Assembly (NCBI GenBank): GCA_029263015.1
Contig: JAJCYI010000184.1
Location: forward strand, 1,266-65,265
From: Saprospiraceae bacterium
Lineage (GTDB): Bacteria > Bacteroidota > Bacteroidia > Chitinophagales > Saprospiraceae
DNA length: 64,000 bases
Direction: 5' to 3'
In this document: in pieces, positions 60,615 through 64,000 of the stretch
How positions within the stretch are numbered: the first letter of the stretch is position 1
How the letters are laid out: each line of letters begins with the position of its first letter
The notes under the pieces: generated by a model
What the model was told of the DNA's origin: nothing
Seen by the model: only the letters and a program-made list of their open reading frames with translations
The model's database searches: none
Program-made: the position numbers and the translations under genes

Positions 60615-63002
60615 TCATATTTTTGCATCCGCCAGCTCTGCCTTTTTGCCATTCAAATTCTTCATTTTCTTTTGCCCGCGTTTGTTCTTATAGAGGACTT
60701 TTAATCGGATCGCTTTCAGCCCTGACACCCCTTGTAAATCTTCCAATTCAAGCATTTCCACTTCTCCGTACTTCTTTTTGGCCTGTAGGTATTCGATGTA
60801 TTTCAGGTATTCGTGGGCGTCGCTGTCCTGAGAATAGACAATGGCAATTTTACCTGGTTGGGTCAGTCGTTCGTCGGTGTTTTTGATATAGGATTTGTCG
60901 ATACGTTTTTTGATGATCTCGTACCGGGCGTTATAAGCACCATCGACGTCGAACTGCTTTTCGTCCATTTTGAACTTGATGGCCAAAGAGGTGCTGTGGA
61001 TCAGCACTAGGGAAGCGACTTGCAAAGGAAATGGCAGTTCTTCAAAAAGTTCGTGCGCTCTTTGTTCTATGTCCCACATGGTTTCCAGTTGCCATAGGCG
61101 GAGGTTGTGGAGGTACATGAGGTCGAATTTTTGGTTTTCCAACAGGGAAGCACCGATGTACATATTGTATTCCACCCCGTCGGTATTGTATCGTTGGAAA
61201 TAGTGTGGAAACATTTCTTGTGCCTCCTCCTGCCGTTGGTCGAGCACGGCAGATAGCTTTTCGTTCAAAATGGTGACACTGTTTTCATAGTCCTTCCGCT
61301 TCTTGTAAACCACGTTGAGTTCTGGGTCGATATGGGCCATGTATTCTTGGACGGCCTGCTGGAACGCTGGGCCGAGGGTTTCCAAATGATTGAAGACAGG
61401 ATAGATTTCCTTCTTCAAAAATTCCAAAATCCTCACTTCATCTCCTGCTTTCAATCCTTCTTTTACATTGATGAGAAAATTGTTGACCCTGAAAACCATT
61501 TTCTTATAAATGGGCATAGGTTTGATCTGCATCACTTTCTTAAAGGTGTCGATCACCAGATTAAGTTGAAGTTCGAGGTCGGCCTTGATCGCCTCGTTCC
61601 TAGCCACGGAGGAGCCTTTGATGTCGCTTTGACCGTACAGTGGATAGATTTTATTGAACACAATTTCCTCCAGCACTGGCATTTCCACGCCTTCTGATTT
61701 TTGCTTGTTGAAATTGGTGGCGGCTTGATTGAAACGCCATTTCACCGAGGGGTGTATGGAAGTATAGTTTTCCTGTATGATCCTTTCCAACAAGTTTTCC
61801 CTTTCTTCCAAAAAGCGCTTTGCAGCAATTTTGACAAAAGGCAATATGCTTTTGAGCTTAGAAGCGTTGATGGCGTTGAGGGCATTTTTACGGGACGATG
61901 CGAGTTCGAGTAGTTGGAGGTGGCATCGGTCTAATTGGATGGGAGCTAAAATGATGCTCTCGATCCCTTTTGCCTTCATTTTTTTATAAAAGTCATTATT
62001 GTTTGAGTTTTTACCATACAACTGTACATCGGGAATTGCCATGGTTTTATTTTCTTCCATGATCATGCACGTCACACCGTTGCAGAATATACTGCGATAA
62101 TCCCCTTTATCGGAAGGCGACAAAAAAAGGCTGTTCGACTCTTTGTTCAAAAAAGTGTTGAGGACCTGGTTGGTCTTTGTGTTGTATGCTGAATAGCCAA
62201 CCTTGAGATCATTGATGCCAAACAAGGTCCGCAGGTTGTCTTGAAATTCATTGAACACTTTATCATCGTTGCGGAGGAATAGTGCACGTATTTTGGAAAT
62301 GGTGACATCTGACGTCGCATCATAGAGGTTCATGATGCTGAACCCTTTGAAAATATAACTCTCTGGAGGAAATTTTGACTTCCATAGTTCGAGGTCCTCG
62401 CCATGTCGCAGCAATTCATCAATGTCGTCCTGCGTCAGTTCGGGAGCTTTATCCGTTTTTATTATTTCCGTAAAATCAGCATTGAACATTATGCGGTAAT
62501 GTCGAAGGATGCCCGTAGTTGTATCAGGTATATCGGTGTACAGCGGGCTGCCGAGGTTGAACGGTACCTGGTAGTATTTACCTAATATGAACCAGCACGA
62601 CATAAAGTAGACAATGTCTTCATCGAATCCCTGAATGGAAAGTTGAAAACCCTTGCCCGCATTTTCCAATATTTTGGTAAATCGGGTGGTAGGGCGAAAG
62701 GAGATGTACCGGAAGGGGATCATCACCGCCTTAATTTCGTTGGACTGCAAGGGACTGGGGAACAGTGGTTCAGTAATCAAATTGATGGCCTCCTTGTACT
62801 TTTCCAATTGGCTAAAATCTTCGATCCCTGTCCTTAACTCAGGAAATTGATTCACTTTGTCCAAAACCACTTTACTTGATTTGTGGTAAGGATGCTCCTT
62901 GTCCTCCGCATAATCCTCTAGCTGTTTATACAATTGCTTAAAGCTGAGCATGACCTTAAGTGGCAGTTCAGATGTAGGTGTATTGATTTTTATGATTTTC
63001 AT
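60615..63002 (-). CDS. Large uncharacterised cytoplasmic protein (possibly GAF-domain containing)
   Basis: 795-aa ORF, clean, with no TM helix or signal peptide. The GAF assignment is only a recollection of how similar Bacteroidota proteins are annotated. Confidence 0.5.
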   Translation of the reverse strand: MKIIKINTPTSELPLKVMLSFKQLYKQLEDYAEDKEHPYHKSSKVVLDKVNQFPELRTGIEDFSQLEKYKEAINLITEPLFPSPLQSNEIKAVMIPFRYISFRPTTRFTKILENAGKGFQLSIQGFDEDIVYFMSCWFILGKYYQVPFNLGSPLYTDIPDTTTGILRHYRIMFNADFTEIIKTDKAPELTQDDIDELLRHGEDLELWKSKFPPESYIFKGFSIMNLYDATSDVTISKIRALFLRNDDKVFNEFQDNLRTLFGINDLKVGYSAYNTKTNQVLNTFLNKESNSLFLSPSDKGDYRSIFCNGVTCMIMEENKTMAIPDVQLYGKNSNNNDFYKKMKAKGIESIILAPIQLDRCHLQLLELASSRKNALNAINASKLKSILPFVKIAAKRFLEERENLLERIIQENYTSIHPSVKWRFNQAATNFNKQKSEGVEMPVLEEIVFNKIYPLYGQSDIKGSSVARNEAIKADLELQLNLVIDTFKKVMQIKPMPIYKKMVFRVNNFLINVKEGLKAGDEVRILEFLKKEIYPVFNHLETLGPAFQQAVQEYMAHIDPELNVVYKKRKDYENSVTILNEKLSAVLDQRQEEAQEMFPHYFQRYNTDGVEYNMYIGASLLENQKFDLMYLHNLRLWQLETMWDIEQRAHELFEELPFPLQVASLVLIHSTSLAIKFKMDEKQFDVDGAYNARYEIIKKRIDKSYIKNTDERLTQPGKIAIVYSQDSDAHEYLKYIEYLQAKKKYGEVEMLELEDLQGVSGLKAIRLKVLYKNKRGQKKMKNLNGKKAELADAKI

Positions 63003-63173
63003 AATAGTAGTAGTATAATTGTTGCATGGTATAACGGTTTTTTGGTGTAATGGTTTTATAGTCTAGTATCGGAAGGTGAATCACTCAAGATGTTTGTGTG
63101 TTTTAACCTGAATGTCTATTTGCAGCTTTACTGATAACCGTCTATTTTGAACTTTCTTTTTCCCTTTCCATTT

Positions 63174-63334
63174 AAGTAATCGAGCCTAAATACTTTCCGT
63201 TTTTATCGGCTGCTTTTTCCATATAGCTGCGTTAATAAAAAGTTCACGTAGCCAGGCTATGCTCACTTTTTTTGCCTTGCTATACGAAAAAATCAACTCG
63301 CTAAAATTCGGAAATTATTTAATCTCGACTACTT
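63174..63334. repeat. Foldback element FB-C (161 bp)
   Basis: Arms are AAGTAATCGAGCCTAAATACTTTCCG / CGGAAATTATTTAATCTCGACTACTT. Core is CGTAGCCAGGCTATGCTCACTTTTTTT. Collinear with FB-D and with the reverse complement of FB-A. Confidence 0.8.
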
Positions 63335-63380
63335 ACTTGCTTTTATAAACACTATTTTTGCGGCCTTTTTTAAGAATATA

Positions 63381-63476
63381 GAAATTTGAAATTTAGAAAT
63401 TTGAAATTTATTTTCCGAAAGGGAATCGCCCAAACAGATAGAATTTCCAATTTCCAATTTCCAATTTCCAATTTCT
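63381..63476. repeat. Opposed heptamer arrays (GAAATTT)x4 ... (AATTTCC)x4-5 directly upstream of lysS
   Basis: Read directly. The right array ends 7 nt before the ATG. Confidence 0.9.
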
Positions 63477-63483
63477 CATCCAA

Positions 63484-64000
63484 ATGCAACTCACCGAACA
63501 AGAAATGGTCCGCAGGGACAACTTACAGAAAATCAAAGAGTTAGGAATTGATCCTTATCCGCCGGAAGCGTTTCCAGTAAATGTGACGGCAGCTGAAATT
63601 ACAGAAAAATACGAAGAGGAAGAATTGGAAGATGGGACTAAAAACCGTCTCAACTACCAAGATGTGAGTATCGCCGGACGGGTGATGGCCACCCGTGGCA
63701 AGGGCAAAGCTTTATTCTGGAACATCCAGGATTCAACGGGGCGTATCCAACTTTATATCCGTCGGGATGAAGTGTGCGAGGGAGAGGACTTTACTTTTTA
63801 TGACGAGGTCATCCGCCGATACCTTGACATTGGCGACTATATAGGCGTGACGGGACACGTTTTTACAACCAGAACTGGCGAGACCTCCATCCGGGTGAAG
63901 ACCTTTAAGTTGCTTGCCAAATCCCTGCGCCCCCTGCCCATCGTGAAAATAGATGCAGAGGGCAACGAACACGATAAATTTGTGGATCCTGAACTGCGCT
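63484..64000 (+). CDS. lysS: Lysine--tRNA ligase (class II), N-terminal part; continues beyond the window
   Basis: Hand translation gives MQLTEQEMVRRDNLQKIKELGIDPYP...VSIAGRVMATRGKGKALFWNIQDSTGRIQLYI...IGVTGHVFTTRTGETSIRV (OB-fold anticodon-binding domain). Confidence 0.93.
   Translation, partial: MQLTEQEMVRRDNLQKIKELGIDPYPPEAFPVNVTAAEITEKYEEEELEDGTKNRLNYQDVSIAGRVMATRGKGKALFWNIQDSTGRIQLYIRRDEVCEGEDFTFYDEVIRRYLDIGDYIGVTGHVFTTRTGETSIRVKTFKLLAKSLRPLPIVKIDAEGNEHDKFVDPELR

Overview
64-kb chromosomal segment, most likely from a Bacteroidota genome. This is inferred from five type-A and one type-B T9SS C-terminal sorting domains, two TonB-dependent receptors and TAnnTTTG-like -7 boxes. I support about 42 protein-coding genes. 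Housekeeping: alaS, acs, the 5' part of lysS, and a PaaE-like reductase fragment at the left edge. Envelope and secreted proteins: Skp, M1 and M23 peptidases, CapA, two tandem arylsulfotransferase-like beta-propellers, a 1523-aa SprB-repeat adhesin and a 1440-aa BNR/LamG protein. Transport: an acetate module (acs, SSS symporter, DUF4212), an orphan modA, HupE/UreJ, an APC permease-Usp fusion, and a cobalamin-riboswitch-controlled BtuB-like receptor operon. Also present: two paralogous nucleotidyltransferase/CDP-alcohol-phosphatidyltransferase fusion proteins, a B12-binding radical SAM protein, three Uma2 endonucleases and one IS4-family IS. I found no rRNA, tRNA or CRISPR. The most unusual content is non-coding. 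(1) Most intergenic spacers consist of tandem arrays with a strict 7-nt phase (STRR-like), often arranged as inverted arrays that abut start or stop codons, and one sits inside the riboswitch. (2) There are two complete REPtrons: IS200-like RayT genes, each flanked by its own perfect 14-15 bp stem / 3-nt loop hairpins, plus orphan hairpins of the same design. (3) A diverged family of ~160-180 bp foldback elements has four full copies and one half copy. (4) Two MITEs share the 15-nt termini of the IS4 element and have 9-bp target duplications. Coordinates of non-CDS features were counted by hand and may be off by 1-2 nt. Domain calls come from motif recognition, not from searches.
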